This document shows positions 48,007 to 58,177 of a stretch of DNA of 64,000 nucleotides, in pieces. Below the pieces are notes generated by a model. That model saw only the letters and a list, made by a program, of their open reading frames with translations. It made no database searches and was not told the origin of the DNA. Made by a program: the position numbers and the translations under genes. Origin of the DNA: Candidatus Krumholzibacteriia bacterium (GTDB lineage: Bacteria > Krumholzibacteriota > Krumholzibacteriia > JAJRXK01); the NCBI GenBank assembly GCA_041484665.1, contig JBGPIA010000004.1:32001-96000 (forward strand), in the 5' to 3' direction. How positions within the stretch are numbered: position 1 is the first letter of the stretch; the number at the start of each line of letters is the position of its first letter.

Positions 48007-49510
48007 CGCGCTTGCCCTCCTCGGTGGTGATGATGAGCCCCACCGTCCGGTTGGTCTCTGTGAACATCTGCGTGGCGATCCGCTGGAGGTCCGCCGCGGT
48101 CACGGCGTCGATGCGCTTTGGATTGCGCAGGCCCTGGTGCCAATCACCCAGGATGACTTCGCTCGTGACCAACAGGCCAGCCATGCCCCCGTTGGTCTCC
48201 ACACTTCGGACCCAGTTGGCCTTCATGCGCGTCTTGAGCCCCTCGAGCTCCTCGGCGCGCACCGGTTCCTGCTGGACGCGCTGCAGTTCGTCGAGCACCT
48301 CCGCCTCGAGCTCCTTGGCGGTGACTCCCTTGGAGGGGACCACGAAGACGATGAACATCCCGGGGTAGAGCTCACCTGGGAATTCCGTGATGGCGCCCAC
48401 CGCCACCGCCTTCTTCTCCTCCTTGACCAGCCTCTGATGCAGGCGGCTGCTGCGGCCGTTGGCCAGCAGCTCGGTCAGCATGCTGTACGCGTCGTTGTCC
48501 GGGTGCCGCGCGCTGGGCTTGTGGAAGCCCATCACGAGGAAGGGCTGCCCCGGATCGCGAATCTCCACGCGGCGCTCGCCGATCTGCGGCGGCTCCTCGG
48601 TGCGCACAGGCTCGGGGACGGGCCCGGCCGCCCAGGCGCTGAAGTACTTCTCCGCGAGGACCTTGACCTGTGCTGGGTCCACGTCGCCCACCAGGCACAT
48701 CACCACGTTGCCCGGCACGTAGTGCTTCTTGAAGAACTCCAGTGCGTCCACGCGCGTGAAGGCCACGAGGTCGCTGTGGTGGCCCACGGTCGGCATCCCG
48801 TACGGGTGCGCCTTGTAGGCGATCGTGAGGAACTCCTCGATCAACCGGCCGATGGGGCTGCTCTCGGTGCGCATGCGCCGCTCCTCGAGCACCACGTCGC
48901 GCTCCTTGTAGAACTCGCGCAGCACGGGTCGCATGAAGCGGTCGCTCTCGAGGTAGGCCCACAGCTCCAGTTTGTTGCTCGGCAGATTGTAGAAGTAGGT
49001 CGTGACGTCGGGCGCGGTGCTGGCGTTGAGGCCGCTGCCGCCGGCCTGCTCGATGATCGAGCCGAACTCGTTGGTCTCCACGTACTGGCTCGCGTTCGTC
49101 TCGGCGTCCTTGAAGGCCTGCCACAGGGCGGCCACTGCGGTCTCGTCGCCGCCGCCGATCTTGGCCTTCCACCAGTCGGCGTAGCGCTGGTCCATGAGCT
49201 CCAGGGACTTCTTCTCCTTGGCGTAGTCCTTGGTGCCGATGGTCTCGGTGCCCTTGAACGCCATGTGCTCGAACATGTGTGCGAGGCCCGTGATGCCGGC
49301 CACCTCGTTCACCGATCCGACCCTGGCGATTGCGACGTAGCTGAAGATCGGGGCGTCGTGGCGCTCGGCGACGACGAACCGCAGCCCGTTGGGCAGCGTG
49401 AACATCGTGACCTGCTTCTCCAGCGCGGCGACGTCCTGGGCGGTGGCCGCGGCGGCCGCGAGCAGGGCGGCACCCAGCGCCAACCCTGCAAACGCACGTG
49501 CGCGCATCAT
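47996..49510 (-). CDS. M16 family zinc peptidase, catalytic subunit
   Basis: GLAHMFEHMAFKGT, NAST, ERDVVLEERRMR; signal peptide; AAGGAGG RBS. Confidence 0.92.
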   Translation of the reverse strand: MMRARAFAGLALGAALLAAAAATAQDVAALEKQVTMFTLPNGLRFVVAERHDAPIFSYVAIARVGSVNEVAGITGLAHMFEHMAFKGTETIGTKDYAKEKKSLELMDQRYADWWKAKIGGGDETAVAALWQAFKDAETNASQYVETNEFGSIIEQAGGSGLNASTAPDVTTYFYNLPSNKLELWAYLESDRFMRPVLREFYKERDVVLEERRMRTESSPIGRLIEEFLTIAYKAHPYGMPTVGHHSDLVAFTRVDALEFFKKHYVPGNVVMCLVGDVDPAQVKVLAEKYFSAWAAGPVPEPVRTEEPPQIGERRVEIRDPGQPFLVMGFHKPSARHPDNDAYSMLTELLANGRSSRLHQRLVKEEKKAVAVGAITEFPGELYPGMFIVFVVPSKGVTAKELEAEVLDELQRVQQEPVRAEELEGLKTRMKANWVRSVETNGGMAGLLVTSEVILGDWHQGLRNPKRIDAVTAADLQRIATQMFTETNRTVGLIITTEEGKRDAS

Positions 49511-49572
49511 CCCTCCTTGGAGCTTTGCGACGTTTCGAGGTTGGGTGGGGCGTCGGCGGAAACCAATGTACA

Positions 49573-49601
49573 AACCTAATCGCCCTCCGGGCGCCGGTCA
49601 A
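49573..49601 (-). promoter_or_regulatory. sigma70-type promoter for the M16 genes
   Basis: Minus strand TTGACC-N17-TAGGTT. Confidence 0.45.
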
Positions 49602-50212
49602 AGCGTCGCTGCCCGCGGCCTGCGCGAGAGGCCCGCGCTGTCCGGGTCGAAGTACCGCCACGGACGATCGGCGGCCTGGCGGATGCCGATCCGCGGTGAG
49701 CGCGAAAGCGCCCGCGGCCCAGGCCCCGGCCACAGGCCGATCGGTCCCCGCGTCAGGTCCGCCCCGTTGCACGCGCCGTCGATCCCCAGCGCCTGGCAGA
49801 GCTTCCCTGGGCCGTTGGCGATGGCGCGCCCGTGGCTCGCGCGCCGGCGCTCCATGAGACGCAGCCCTGCGACCGGCTCTGCGGCCCGCAGCAGGACGGC
49901 GCCGGCAACCCCCTTGCGCTCGCAGACGACGTTCATACACCAGTGCATGCCGTAGATGAAATACACGTAGAGCCGCCCCGGGGTTGCGTACATCACAGAA
50001 TTGCGTGGGGTGGGTCCGCGGTGGGCGTGGCTGGCGGGGTCCTCCCCCGTCCCCAGGTAGGCCTCCACCTCCACGAGCCGAACTGCGCAGGGACCGCCGA
50101 GCCCGCGCACCACCAACAGGCAGCCCACCAGGTCGCGGGCGACCTCGTGGGTGGGGCGGGCGAAGAACGGCCGACGCAGGCGGCTGCGTTGCGGGAAGGG
50201 GCGGGGCGCCAT
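49598..50212 (-). CDS. mpg: DNA-3-methyladenine glycosylase (MPG/AAG)
   Basis: VEVEAYLG, DPASHA, YVYFIYGMHWCMNVV, AVLLRA, NGPGKLCQALGI, PRIGI. Confidence 0.93.
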   Translation of the reverse strand: MAPRPFPQRSRLRRPFFARPTHEVARDLVGCLLVVRGLGGPCAVRLVEVEAYLGTGEDPASHAHRGPTPRNSVMYATPGRLYVYFIYGMHWCMNVVCERKGVAGAVLLRAAEPVAGLRLMERRRASHGRAIANGPGKLCQALGIDGACNGADLTRGPIGLWPGPGPRALSRSPRIGIRQAADRPWRYFDPDSAGLSRRPRAATL

Positions 50213-51084
50213 CAGGTGACGACGTACTCTTTGCGCGCGAACACCAGGCTGCCCACGGCCATCAGGCCGGCCAGGATCCCAAACAGGATCACCAGCGAGA
50301 CCAGCGGCTGCAGCCCCTGCTCCGGCGACAGCAGCCGGCGGACGGTGTCCATGAGGGAGTCGGCGGAGGCTGCGCGGCCCATCAGGAGGTTGCGCAGGTG
50401 GTAGTCGAGGGTCCAGTACCTGAACCGCCCCGGCAGCTGCGAGCCGATCAGCTCCCAGCCCAGCGCGTAGAGTACGCCCCACACCAGCGGCCGCACGAAG
50501 GCCGTGCCGATCACGGCGAACACCGCGCAGTAGCAGACGACCGCCAGCATCACCACCAGCACGTGGTTCACATAGAGCTTGAGGAAGTCGAGGCTGAGCA
50601 CGCCGAAGTTGCCCACGACCATGATCGCGAAGCACCCCATGAGCGAGGCCGCCAGCAGCCCTCCGGCCAACAGCTGCACGGCCATCAGCCGCCCCAGATA
50701 GATCGGCGGCTTGGCGATGGGACGCGTGAGCAGGTAGGTGATCGTCCGCCCTTCCACCTCATCGTTGATGGTGGGAACACCGAAGGCCAGCCCCACCAGC
50801 AGCACCAAGAGTTTCAGGTACAGCTCGCGCACCATGTTCGTAAAGAAACCCGGTCCGGTGAGGATCTCGGGTAACCGCAGCGAGTCGGCCGCCTGTTTGC
50901 CCCACACGCGCCACGCCAGGGTGAGCAGCACCGGGATCGCCACCACCAGCCCCAGGAACACCAACCGCCGCCGGCGCAGCAGCTCCGAGGCGGATGCCGC
51001 CATCACCAGCGCGATCACGCGGCGGGCCAGGACAGTCGCGGGCGCGGCACCGGTCGATGGCGTCAAGGGGCTGCGCTCCGTCAC
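50212..51084 (-). CDS. ABC-2 type permease
   Basis: DEVEGRTITYLLTRPI, TM helices. Confidence 0.85.
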   Translation of the reverse strand: MTERSPLTPSTGAAPATVLARRVIALVMAASASELLRRRRLVFLGLVVAIPVLLTLAWRVWGKQAADSLRLPEILTGPGFFTNMVRELYLKLLVLLVGLAFGVPTINDEVEGRTITYLLTRPIAKPPIYLGRLMAVQLLAGGLLAASLMGCFAIMVVGNFGVLSLDFLKLYVNHVLVVMLAVVCYCAVFAVIGTAFVRPLVWGVLYALGWELIGSQLPGRFRYWTLDYHLRNLLMGRAASADSLMDTVRRLLSPEQGLQPLVSLVILFGILAGLMAVGSLVFARKEYVVT

Positions 51085-52031
51085 GATCCCTCCTCCACCA
51101 GATACTCGAACAGGCTCTTGAGGTTGTCATCGAGGGTGACGTAGCCGCGGATCCGGCACGTCCCCTCCAGGGCCAGGCGCGGCAGCCGCTGGTAGAGCCG
51201 CCGCGGCAGGACCGACTCGACCACGATGGCGTCGCCGGCGTCGACACGCACGCCCAGCACGTCGTCGCTGCCGATCAAGCGCGCGGCCAGCTCGCGCGGA
51301 TGCTCGCACTCGATCCGGATCTGGTGCGGGTGGCGCTCGATCAGATCGCGGATCTCGCTGATGTTGCCCTCGGCGAGGATCTGGCCGTTGTGGATGAGCA
51401 GGATGGTGGAGGTCATGGCCTCCACCTCGTGCAGGATGTGGCTGCTCACCAGCACCGTCTTGCCCTCGGCGCCCAGCTGCCTCACCAGCGTCATGGACTC
51501 GTGCCGGCTGACGGGATCCATGCCGTTGAAGGGCTCGTCGAGGAAGAGCACGGTGGGATCGTGGGCCAACGCCTGTGCCAGCTTCACTTTCTGGCGCATC
51601 CCCTTGCTGTAGCCGGCGACCTTGCGGTCGGCCGCCTCGGTGAGGTTGCATCGCAGCAGGCTCGAGTCCGCCCGGCGGCCGGACTCCGAGCGGTCGAAGC
51701 CATGGAGCTGCAGCAGGTAGACCAGCATCTCGCGGCCGGTCATGGACTCGTAGAGCGCATCCTGCTCCGGGCAGAAGCCGATCCAGCGATAGAGGCCACG
51801 GTGGTGTTGGAGATCCTGGCCCAGCAGCAGGACGCGCCCCTTGCTGGGCGCCAGCTGGCCTGCCAGGACCTTGAAGAGGGTGCTCTTGCCGGCTCCATTG
51901 AGGCCCAGCAGTCCGGTGACGCCAGGCTGGACCCGCACACTGACGTTGTTGACGCCGACGACTTGCCCGTACCAGCGCGAGACGCCCAGCGCCTCCAGCA
52001 CCGCGGGCGCTGGCGCAGCCGCGCCGGTCAC
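51081..52031 (-). CDS. ABC transporter ATP-binding protein
   Basis: GLNGAGKST, YSKGMRQK, LDEP, SSH. Confidence 0.92.
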   Translation of the reverse strand: MTGAAAPAPAVLEALGVSRWYGQVVGVNNVSVRVQPGVTGLLGLNGAGKSTLFKVLAGQLAPSKGRVLLLGQDLQHHRGLYRWIGFCPEQDALYESMTGREMLVYLLQLHGFDRSESGRRADSSLLRCNLTEAADRKVAGYSKGMRQKVKLAQALAHDPTVLFLDEPFNGMDPVSRHESMTLVRQLGAEGKTVLVSSHILHEVEAMTSTILLIHNGQILAEGNISEIRDLIERHPHQIRIECEHPRELAARLIGSDDVLGVRVDAGDAIVVESVLPRRLYQRLPRLALEGTCRIRGYVTLDDNLKSLFEYLVEEGS

Positions 52032-52067
52032 GTCGTCACCGCGCCCGTCACAGCGCCACTCTGCCGG

Positions 52068-52940
52068 TCACAGCACGACCTCCACCGGCTGGATGCGCCG
52101 GCGGATGACCCAGACGCATAGCGCAGCTGTCCCCACCAGAGCCACCAGGCTGAGGGCGGGGTGGAAGCCGTGGGGAGGCGTGACCCCGAACCACCAGGCG
52201 CCCACCTGCGTCAGGTTGCCCGAGACGGTCAACAGTCCCAGGTACTCGTTGCGCGCCAGCATCTTCAGGAGCGAGATCAGGCCGTGCGCCGGCCCGTAGC
52301 CGTAGACCAGGATCCACGTGCCGGCGATGAAGACGCTGCGCCGACCCACGGCGCTGAGGGCGAGCATGAGCAGACCCGCCACCGCGACCCACAGCGCGCA
52401 GAACGCGGTGGCCAGCAGCGGCACGTACCACACCTTGGCGAAGTACCCCGCCTGCGTGTTCATGAACAGGGCGAACACCCACAGCAGCAGGCACGGCAAC
52501 CACGTGACCAACAGCAGGAAGGTGGCCACGATCCCCAGCTTGCCCAGCACGTAATCGGTGCGCGTGATCGGCTTGGAGAAGTAGATCTGCAGCGCGTTGT
52601 AACGGCGGTCGCGCGCAATCAGATCGGTGCCGACGAGCACGACGAAGACCAGCACCCACAAGCCCTGCTCCCACATGGCGAGGTAGCCCTGCGGACTGAT
52701 GAACTTGAAGAAGTAGCTCGGCTCGGCCGCTCCACCCGGGAGGATGTACCAGGTGCGTGAGTCGAAGTAGATGCGCACTCCGCGTACCACGGCGGGGATC
52801 CAGGCCAGCACGAGCAGGAGCAGGTGGTTGCGACGGGAGAGGTGCCGCATCACGCCGTGGCGCACGATGGGCCACCATCGCACCGGATGCGGGCTGAGCG
52901 TACCCTTCCACCGCTGGTAACCCTGGTCGTAGATCGGCAT
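52068..52940 (-). CDS. ABC-2 type permease
   Basis: MPIYDQGYQRW, IARDRRYNALQIYFSKPITRTDYVLGK. Confidence 0.85.
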   Translation of the reverse strand: MPIYDQGYQRWKGTLSPHPVRWWPIVRHGVMRHLSRRNHLLLLVLAWIPAVVRGVRIYFDSRTWYILPGGAAEPSYFFKFISPQGYLAMWEQGLWVLVFVVLVGTDLIARDRRYNALQIYFSKPITRTDYVLGKLGIVATFLLLVTWLPCLLLWVFALFMNTQAGYFAKVWYVPLLATAFCALWVAVAGLLMLALSAVGRRSVFIAGTWILVYGYGPAHGLISLLKMLARNEYLGLLTVSGNLTQVGAWWFGVTPPHGFHPALSLVALVGTAALCVWVIRRRIQPVEVVL

Positions 52941-53863
52941 CAGGAGACCGCCTGGAGGAACTCTTCCTCGATGGAGCGATGGGCCTTGACCAGGTGGCGG
53001 ATCTCCACCTCGCCCTTGACGCGCAGCACCGCCTCGAAGATCGGCTCGGGCCCGTCCCCACGCGAGAGCAGCACGCGCACACCGCCGTCGATCGGCACGG
53101 CATCGTGCCCGTCGGCGCGCAGCACCTGGGCCAGCTCGTCCAGCGCCCCGCGCCCACGCACGTCATACGCGATGCGCTCGCTGACGGCAGCGCGATCGAT
53201 GGGCCGGTGGTCCACCACGCGGCCGTCCTTGAGCACCAGCACCTCGCTGCAGGTCTCCTTGACGTCCGGAAGCAGGTGGCTGCTCAGGATCACCGAGACG
53301 CCTTTGGCCCGGCTGATGTCGCGGATGAGCTCCAGCATCGCCTCGCGGCCGGGCGGGTCCATGCCGTTGGTCGGCTCATCCAGGAGCAGCAGGTCGGGGT
53401 CGTGGACCATGGCCTGCGCCAGCTTGAGGCGCTGCTTCATCCCCTGGGAGTAGGTTCCCAGGTCGCGGTAGCGCGCCTCGCCCAGGCCCACGTAGTACAA
53501 CACCTGGTGGGCGCGCTCGCGGGCGTCCACGTGGCGCATCCCCACCAGCTCCCCGGCGTAGGTCGTCAGCTCGACCGCGGTCATCCCGGGAACCAGGCAC
53601 TCGCTCTCGGGCACCAGGCCGATGCGGCGCCTGACCTCCAGGGCGGAGGTCGCCACGTCCAACCCCAGCACCGTGGCCCGCCCCTGGCGTAAGGGCAACA
53701 GCCCCAACAAGGTACGCAGGAGAGTGCTCTTGCCCGACCCGTTGGGGCCCAGCAGGCCGATCGCCCCGGGCATCAGGCGGATCGACACGTCGTGGAGGAC
53801 CAGCTTGGGGCCGTAGGACTGGAACAGCCCTTCGGTCAGCAGGATGGGAACGGCTTGCGTCAC
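52940..53863 (-). CDS. ABC transporter ATP-binding protein
   Basis: GPNGSGKST, YSQGMKQR, LDEPTNG, SSH. Confidence 0.92.
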   Translation of the reverse strand: MTQAVPILLTEGLFQSYGPKLVLHDVSIRLMPGAIGLLGPNGSGKSTLLRTLLGLLPLRQGRATVLGLDVATSALEVRRRIGLVPESECLVPGMTAVELTTYAGELVGMRHVDARERAHQVLYYVGLGEARYRDLGTYSQGMKQRLKLAQAMVHDPDLLLLDEPTNGMDPPGREAMLELIRDISRAKGVSVILSSHLLPDVKETCSEVLVLKDGRVVDHRPIDRAAVSERIAYDVRGRGALDELAQVLRADGHDAVPIDGGVRVLLSRGDGPEPIFEAVLRVKGEVEIRHLVKAHRSIEEEFLQAVS

Positions 53864-53957
53864 GGCGGGTCTACGGGTGCCCCGTGGAATGGGTTGCGAG
53901 GGCCGGCCGCCTGCCCCGGGCAGCGTTGGCACGGACGGGGTGGCCCCAACGAGCCGG

Positions 53958-53987
53958 TTGCTCTGACCGGCGGCGGCATGGTACAAT
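53958..53987 (+). promoter_or_regulatory. sigma70-type promoter
   Basis: TTGCTC-N18-TACAAT with extended TG. Confidence 0.5.
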
Positions 53988-54091
53988 GTGAGCCTCGCGG
54001 ATGTCCACGCACCGACGGTCCTGATCCGAATCTGAGTCCGCGGGACCCAGACCGGCCAACCCTCACCCTCGATTCCTCAACGGAGGTCAAC

Positions 54092-54859
54092 ATGCTTCGT
54101 TGCGTACGCTTGGCGCCGGCGCTGGCGATTGCCCTGGGCTTGTCGCTGATCGCTGTTCCCGCCTTCGCAGCTTTCCCCGTCACCTTTGGTAGCTCGTGGG
54201 ACTCCGCGAGCCTGCAGAGCATCCTGGACGCCGAGTACGGAGTGGGCACGATCAACGCCGCCACTGACTACGTTGGCTACAACGCGGCCGACCCCGACCC
54301 GTATTACTGGCAGGACGTCGGGCTGGATGGCCTGATCCTTCGCGAGGTTGCCGGGTACCGCAACACCAACATCATGGGGTGGTACGAGGAGACCTTCGTG
54401 CAGCCCGTGATCGACGGTGTGGATGACGGGGTTGTGTTCACGGGCCCGATGGTGCAGGGGCAAAGCGTGAGCATCGCGTTTCCGTCGGGAACCACCCGCT
54501 TCGGCTTCTACCTGAATCCAAATGGCGCCGGAGATTCGACCAACGCGCCTGAGCCGGAGAAGTTCTTCACCAACCGGTTCTACAACGACATCGGCCCTGC
54601 CGGCTGCTGCCCGGTCCATCCGCCGTTCGACGGCGATCCGCAGGTGCTGGTCTACGACATCTCGCACCTGTTCGGCGGCAGGCCTACGTTCGTGCTGGCC
54701 TGGGAAGACATCGACTACGGCAGCCCGATCACCCCGGCCTTCACCCCCACGGGGACCGACGACGACTTCCAGGACTTGGTCGTGGAGATCCAGGCCTTCT
54801 CCCCCGTTCCCGACGTACAGACGTCGTGGGGTAAGGTGAAGTCCCTCTACGGGCACTAG
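54092..54859 (+). CDS. Secreted DUF4114-like protein with C-terminal SWGKVKSLY tail (paralog 1)
   Basis: GGAGG RBS, signal peptide, EVAGYRNTN, LAWEDI...DDDFQDLVV, QTSWGKVKSLYGH. Confidence 0.75.
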   Translation: MLRCVRLAPALAIALGLSLIAVPAFAAFPVTFGSSWDSASLQSILDAEYGVGTINAATDYVGYNAADPDPYYWQDVGLDGLILREVAGYRNTNIMGWYEETFVQPVIDGVDDGVVFTGPMVQGQSVSIAFPSGTTRFGFYLNPNGAGDSTNAPEPEKFFTNRFYNDIGPAGCCPVHPPFDGDPQVLVYDISHLFGGRPTFVLAWEDIDYGSPITPAFTPTGTDDDFQDLVVEIQAFSPVPDVQTSWGKVKSLYGH

Positions 54860-54920
54860 TCCTTGACGCGGTCCAGGGCCTTGCGCACTGGTCCCGCTGC
54901 TAGCGGCGACACTCGCTTGC

Positions 54921-54953
54921 GGAAGGCCTCTCCTGTGCTGGAGGGGCCTTTCC
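54921..54953 (+). terminator. Probable terminator
   Basis: ggaaggcctctcc-tgtgct-ggaggggcctttcc hairpin. Confidence 0.55.
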
Positions 54954-55167
54954 ATAGGTGGCGCAACGCGCCGGCGGAATCCCCCCGCGGGGGCGGCATC
55001 GGAGTTGCCACCGTGCGTGGCCACAGCTCGGCACTGCTGCGGGTCCGCGCCGTTGCGGGCCTGGTGCCTGGCGGACTCCCGCGCCATGCTCAGGGAAAGT
55101 GCCGAAGAAAAGGCGAAACTGGGCCGCGATGGCGTGTGGCAAGCCACCGATCGCCGGCCGTGCCGGA

Positions 55168-55197
55168 TTGCGATCCGGCCGGCAAGCGTGCTATCCT
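55168..55197 (+). promoter_or_regulatory. sigma70-type promoter
   Basis: TTGCGA-N18-TATCCT with extended TG. Confidence 0.45.
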
Positions 55198-55294
55198 AGA
55201 GGTCAAGGCGACTGCCCACGCACCATCGGCGCGGTGGGATCGACAACGCAACGTTTGAATCGAGCAGCTCACCACGGCAGCTTCGAAGGGCAGC

Positions 55295-56065
55295 ATGCAT
55301 CGCACGGCTTGCGTATCCGCGTTCGTCACAGCGACGCTCGTGGCGCTCAGTGCCGTTCCGGCCTCGGCGGCTTTCGGTGTCATCTTCGGCACGTCCTGGG
55401 ATGGAGTCTCGCTGCAGGAGGTCCTCGACGCCGAGTACGGCGTCAGCGCCATCAACGCGACGACGGATTACGAGGGCTATAGCCCCGCCGACGCGGATCC
55501 GCCGTTCTGGCTGGATCAGGGTCTGGACGGCGTCATCGTCCGCGAGATCGCGGGCTACCGTGACAACAACACCCTGGGCTGGTACGGGGAGACCTTCAGC
55601 AAGCCCACGATCGACGGGATCAACGACGGCGTGGTCTTCACCGGCCCGATGGTGCAGGGCGCCACCGCCACGGTGACCTTTCCCTCAGGCGTTACGCGCT
55701 TCGGTTTCTATCTCAATCCCAACGGCTCCGGGGATTCGACGAATGCCCCCGAACCGGAGATGTTCTTCACCAACCGGGCTTACAATGACATCGGGCCCAA
55801 CGGCACCAGCACCGTGCACGGCCCCACCGACGGCGACCCGCAGTGCCTGATCTACAACATCACGCGCCTGCGCGGCGGGGTTCCGACCTTCGTGCTCGCG
55901 TGGGAGGACCTCGACTCGGGCACGCAGATCACCCAGGCGTTCGACCCCAATGGGACCGACAACGATTTTCAGGACCTGGTGGTGGAGATCGCTGCGGCCT
56001 CGCCGGTGCCCAGCCAACAGACGAGCTGGGGCCGCGTAAAGTCGCTCTACGAGGCGGGCCGCTAG
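55295..56065 (+). CDS. Secreted DUF4114-like protein with C-terminal SWGRVKSLY tail (paralog 2)
   Basis: Signal peptide; co-linear with paralog 1; LAWEDL...DNDFQDLVV, QTSWGRVKSLYEAGR. Confidence 0.75.
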   Translation: MHRTACVSAFVTATLVALSAVPASAAFGVIFGTSWDGVSLQEVLDAEYGVSAINATTDYEGYSPADADPPFWLDQGLDGVIVREIAGYRDNNTLGWYGETFSKPTIDGINDGVVFTGPMVQGATATVTFPSGVTRFGFYLNPNGSGDSTNAPEPEMFFTNRAYNDIGPNGTSTVHGPTDGDPQCLIYNITRLRGGVPTFVLAWEDLDSGTQITQAFDPNGTDNDFQDLVVEIAAASPVPSQQTSWGRVKSLYEAGR

Positions 56066-56147
56066 CCAAGCTGCCGGCCGCGCCGACGCCATCGTCGCGT
56101 CGGGCGCAGTCCCGCCAGGCTGGTCGCGCGCTCTGGCCACGCTTCGA

Positions 56148-56185
56148 ACGAAGAAGGCCCCTGCAATGGCAGGGGCCTTCTTCGT
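56148..56185. terminator. Bidirectional terminator between convergent genes
   Basis: acgaagaaggcccctgc-aatg-gcaggggccttcttcgt perfect 17-bp stem. Confidence 0.8.
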
Positions 56186-56329
56186 AGCACGTCCGTCACG
56201 GCCTCACGTCGGTCACGCGTCGCGGGTCGCCGCAGTCCGGCACGACCCCGCCGCAGCTTGGGGCTGGCACGGCCCGCCGCCCGCCCGCAGTCCGGCCCGG
56301 TACCGGTGGCGCGCGACGCACTCGCGCGG

Positions 56330-58045
56330 CTAGTCCTTCTTCACCGTCGGCGCCCCCTTCACGGCCGGAGCCATGGGAGCTGCGGCGGTGGCGTCCGCGG
56401 CCTTGGCCAGCTGCTTCTGCCGCTCCGCCTCGGCGAGCTTCAGCAGCCCTTCGCGCGTCTTGGCCCGGGAGATCAGGTCGACGGCCTCCCAGATCTGGTT
56501 GTCCTTGTCGATGGAGACGCGGTAGGCCTGCGTGGGCCCGAAGACGCGCCGCATGATCTCGCGACGGATCCCTTCCTTCACATAGTCACCGTTCTGGTCG
56601 TACAGCTCGCGGCTGAGCTTGAGGTCGACCTCCTTGAGGAACTCGCCCAGCTTGGGCCGGCCGGAGGCCAGCGCGTAGAAGTCATCGACCAACTTCGAGC
56701 TGACTTGCAGATCGGTCGTAACGTTGGGGTTCTTCGCAGCAAACTCCGTGGCGTACACGAAGAAGGTCTGGTCGCGCTCCAGCGCCACGTCGAAGTCGTT
56801 GAGCAGGTTCGGCTTCACGTCCACGTCAGGGGTGATGCCGCCGCCGCCGTAGACTTCCCGGCCCATGTCCGTGTGGAACACCTCGGGCGAAGGCTGCTCG
56901 GGGTTGGGCGTCTTGGGCTTCGCGCTCGACTCATCAGGGTTCTCGACCGTCTCCTCTTCCTTGCGCGTGCGGTCCTTGTGGATGGAGCGGCCGCTGGGCG
57001 TGTAGTACTTGGCCGTGGTGAGCTTGAGGGCCTTGTTGGGCGCCAGCTCGAAAACGGTCTGCACCGAGCCCTTGCCGTACGACGTGGTGCCCAGGATCAC
57101 ACCGACGTCGTGATCCTGGATCGCGCCTGCGAGGATCTCGCTGGCACTGGCGCTGCTGCCGTTGACCAGCACCAGCAACGGCAGGGTCGGCCAGCGGGCC
57201 TTGTCCTCGCCGGAAGCGTAGTAGCTCATGTTTTGCTGCGAGAGGCGGCCCTTCGTGTAGACGATGAGCTGGCCCTTGTCGAGGAACAGCTCGCTGACCT
57301 CCTTGGCCGCCTGGAGCAGGCCGCCGGGATTCCAGCGTAGGTCGAGGATCAGGCTCTGCATGCCCTGCCCCTGCAGCGCGGTGATCTTCTCCTTGAGCTC
57401 GTCGGCGGTGGTGCGCGCAAAGTTGGCGATGCGCACGTAGCCGACGCCGTCCTTGAGCATGAAGGCGTAGGGAACGCTCTCCACGTGGATGATGTCGCGC
57501 ACGATGGTGAACGGCAGCACCCGCTCTTCGCCCACCCTGCGGATCCCGATGGTGACCTCGCTGCCCTTGGGCCCGCGCAGCTTCGCCACGGCGTCCTGGC
57601 TCTTCCACCCCTTGGTGCTCTCGCCCTCGATCTCCACGATCTGGTCGCCGCCCTGGATGCCCATGCGGAACGCTGGCGTGCCCTCGATGGGCGAGACCAC
57701 GGTTGGGTAGTCGTCGCGCACCGCGATCGTGATCCCCAGGCCCCCGAACTCGCCGGTGGTGCTGATCATGAGGTCGTCGTAGACCTCGTCGGTGAGCAGC
57801 TGGCTGTGCGGGTCCAGCTTGCTGAGCATGCCGTCGATCGCGGAGTCGATCAGCTCGTTGGGATCGATCTCGTCGACGTAATGGTTGGTGATCTTTTCGT
57901 AGACCTTCCCGAACAGCTCGAGACTCTCCATCCACTCGCTGTTGCGGGCACGCTTCTCGGCGGCCTGTCCACCCAGGACGAAGCCCACGCTGAGCAGCAG
58001 CGCAATTGAGATGATCAACAAGGACTTGCGTGGCGAAAAGCTCAT
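56330..58045 (-). CDS. ctpA: Carboxyl-terminal processing protease (S41, PDZ)
   Basis: LDPHS, GEFGGLGI, LDLRWNPGG, SASASEI, GKGSVQ, YYTPSGRSI, GGITPD. Confidence 0.93.
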   Translation of the reverse strand: MSFSPRKSLLIISIALLLSVGFVLGGQAAEKRARNSEWMESLELFGKVYEKITNHYVDEIDPNELIDSAIDGMLSKLDPHSQLLTDEVYDDLMISTTGEFGGLGITIAVRDDYPTVVSPIEGTPAFRMGIQGGDQIVEIEGESTKGWKSQDAVAKLRGPKGSEVTIGIRRVGEERVLPFTIVRDIIHVESVPYAFMLKDGVGYVRIANFARTTADELKEKITALQGQGMQSLILDLRWNPGGLLQAAKEVSELFLDKGQLIVYTKGRLSQQNMSYYASGEDKARWPTLPLLVLVNGSSASASEILAGAIQDHDVGVILGTTSYGKGSVQTVFELAPNKALKLTTAKYYTPSGRSIHKDRTRKEEETVENPDESSAKPKTPNPEQPSPEVFHTDMGREVYGGGGITPDVDVKPNLLNDFDVALERDQTFFVYATEFAAKNPNVTTDLQVSSKLVDDFYALASGRPKLGEFLKEVDLKLSRELYDQNGDYVKEGIRREIMRRVFGPTQAYRVSIDKDNQIWEAVDLISRAKTREGLLKLAEAERQKQLAKAADATAAAPMAPAVKGAPTVKKD

Positions 58046-58177
58046 GGAGCGATCCTCGCTCGATTGGGGGCCATGCCGGGGCTCGCGCAGGGAAACGGCG
58101 ACGTCGCCTGCAGCTTCGTCCAAAGCTGCTTGTGGGGGGCCACAAACAGCATAGGGGCATCTACGGCACGCAGCAAT

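Noticed and set aside
54955..55100. GC-rich hairpins between the two secreted paralogs as a riboswitch
   Set aside because: No recognisable aptamer consensus, it lies upstream of the predicted promoter, and such stems are expected at this GC content
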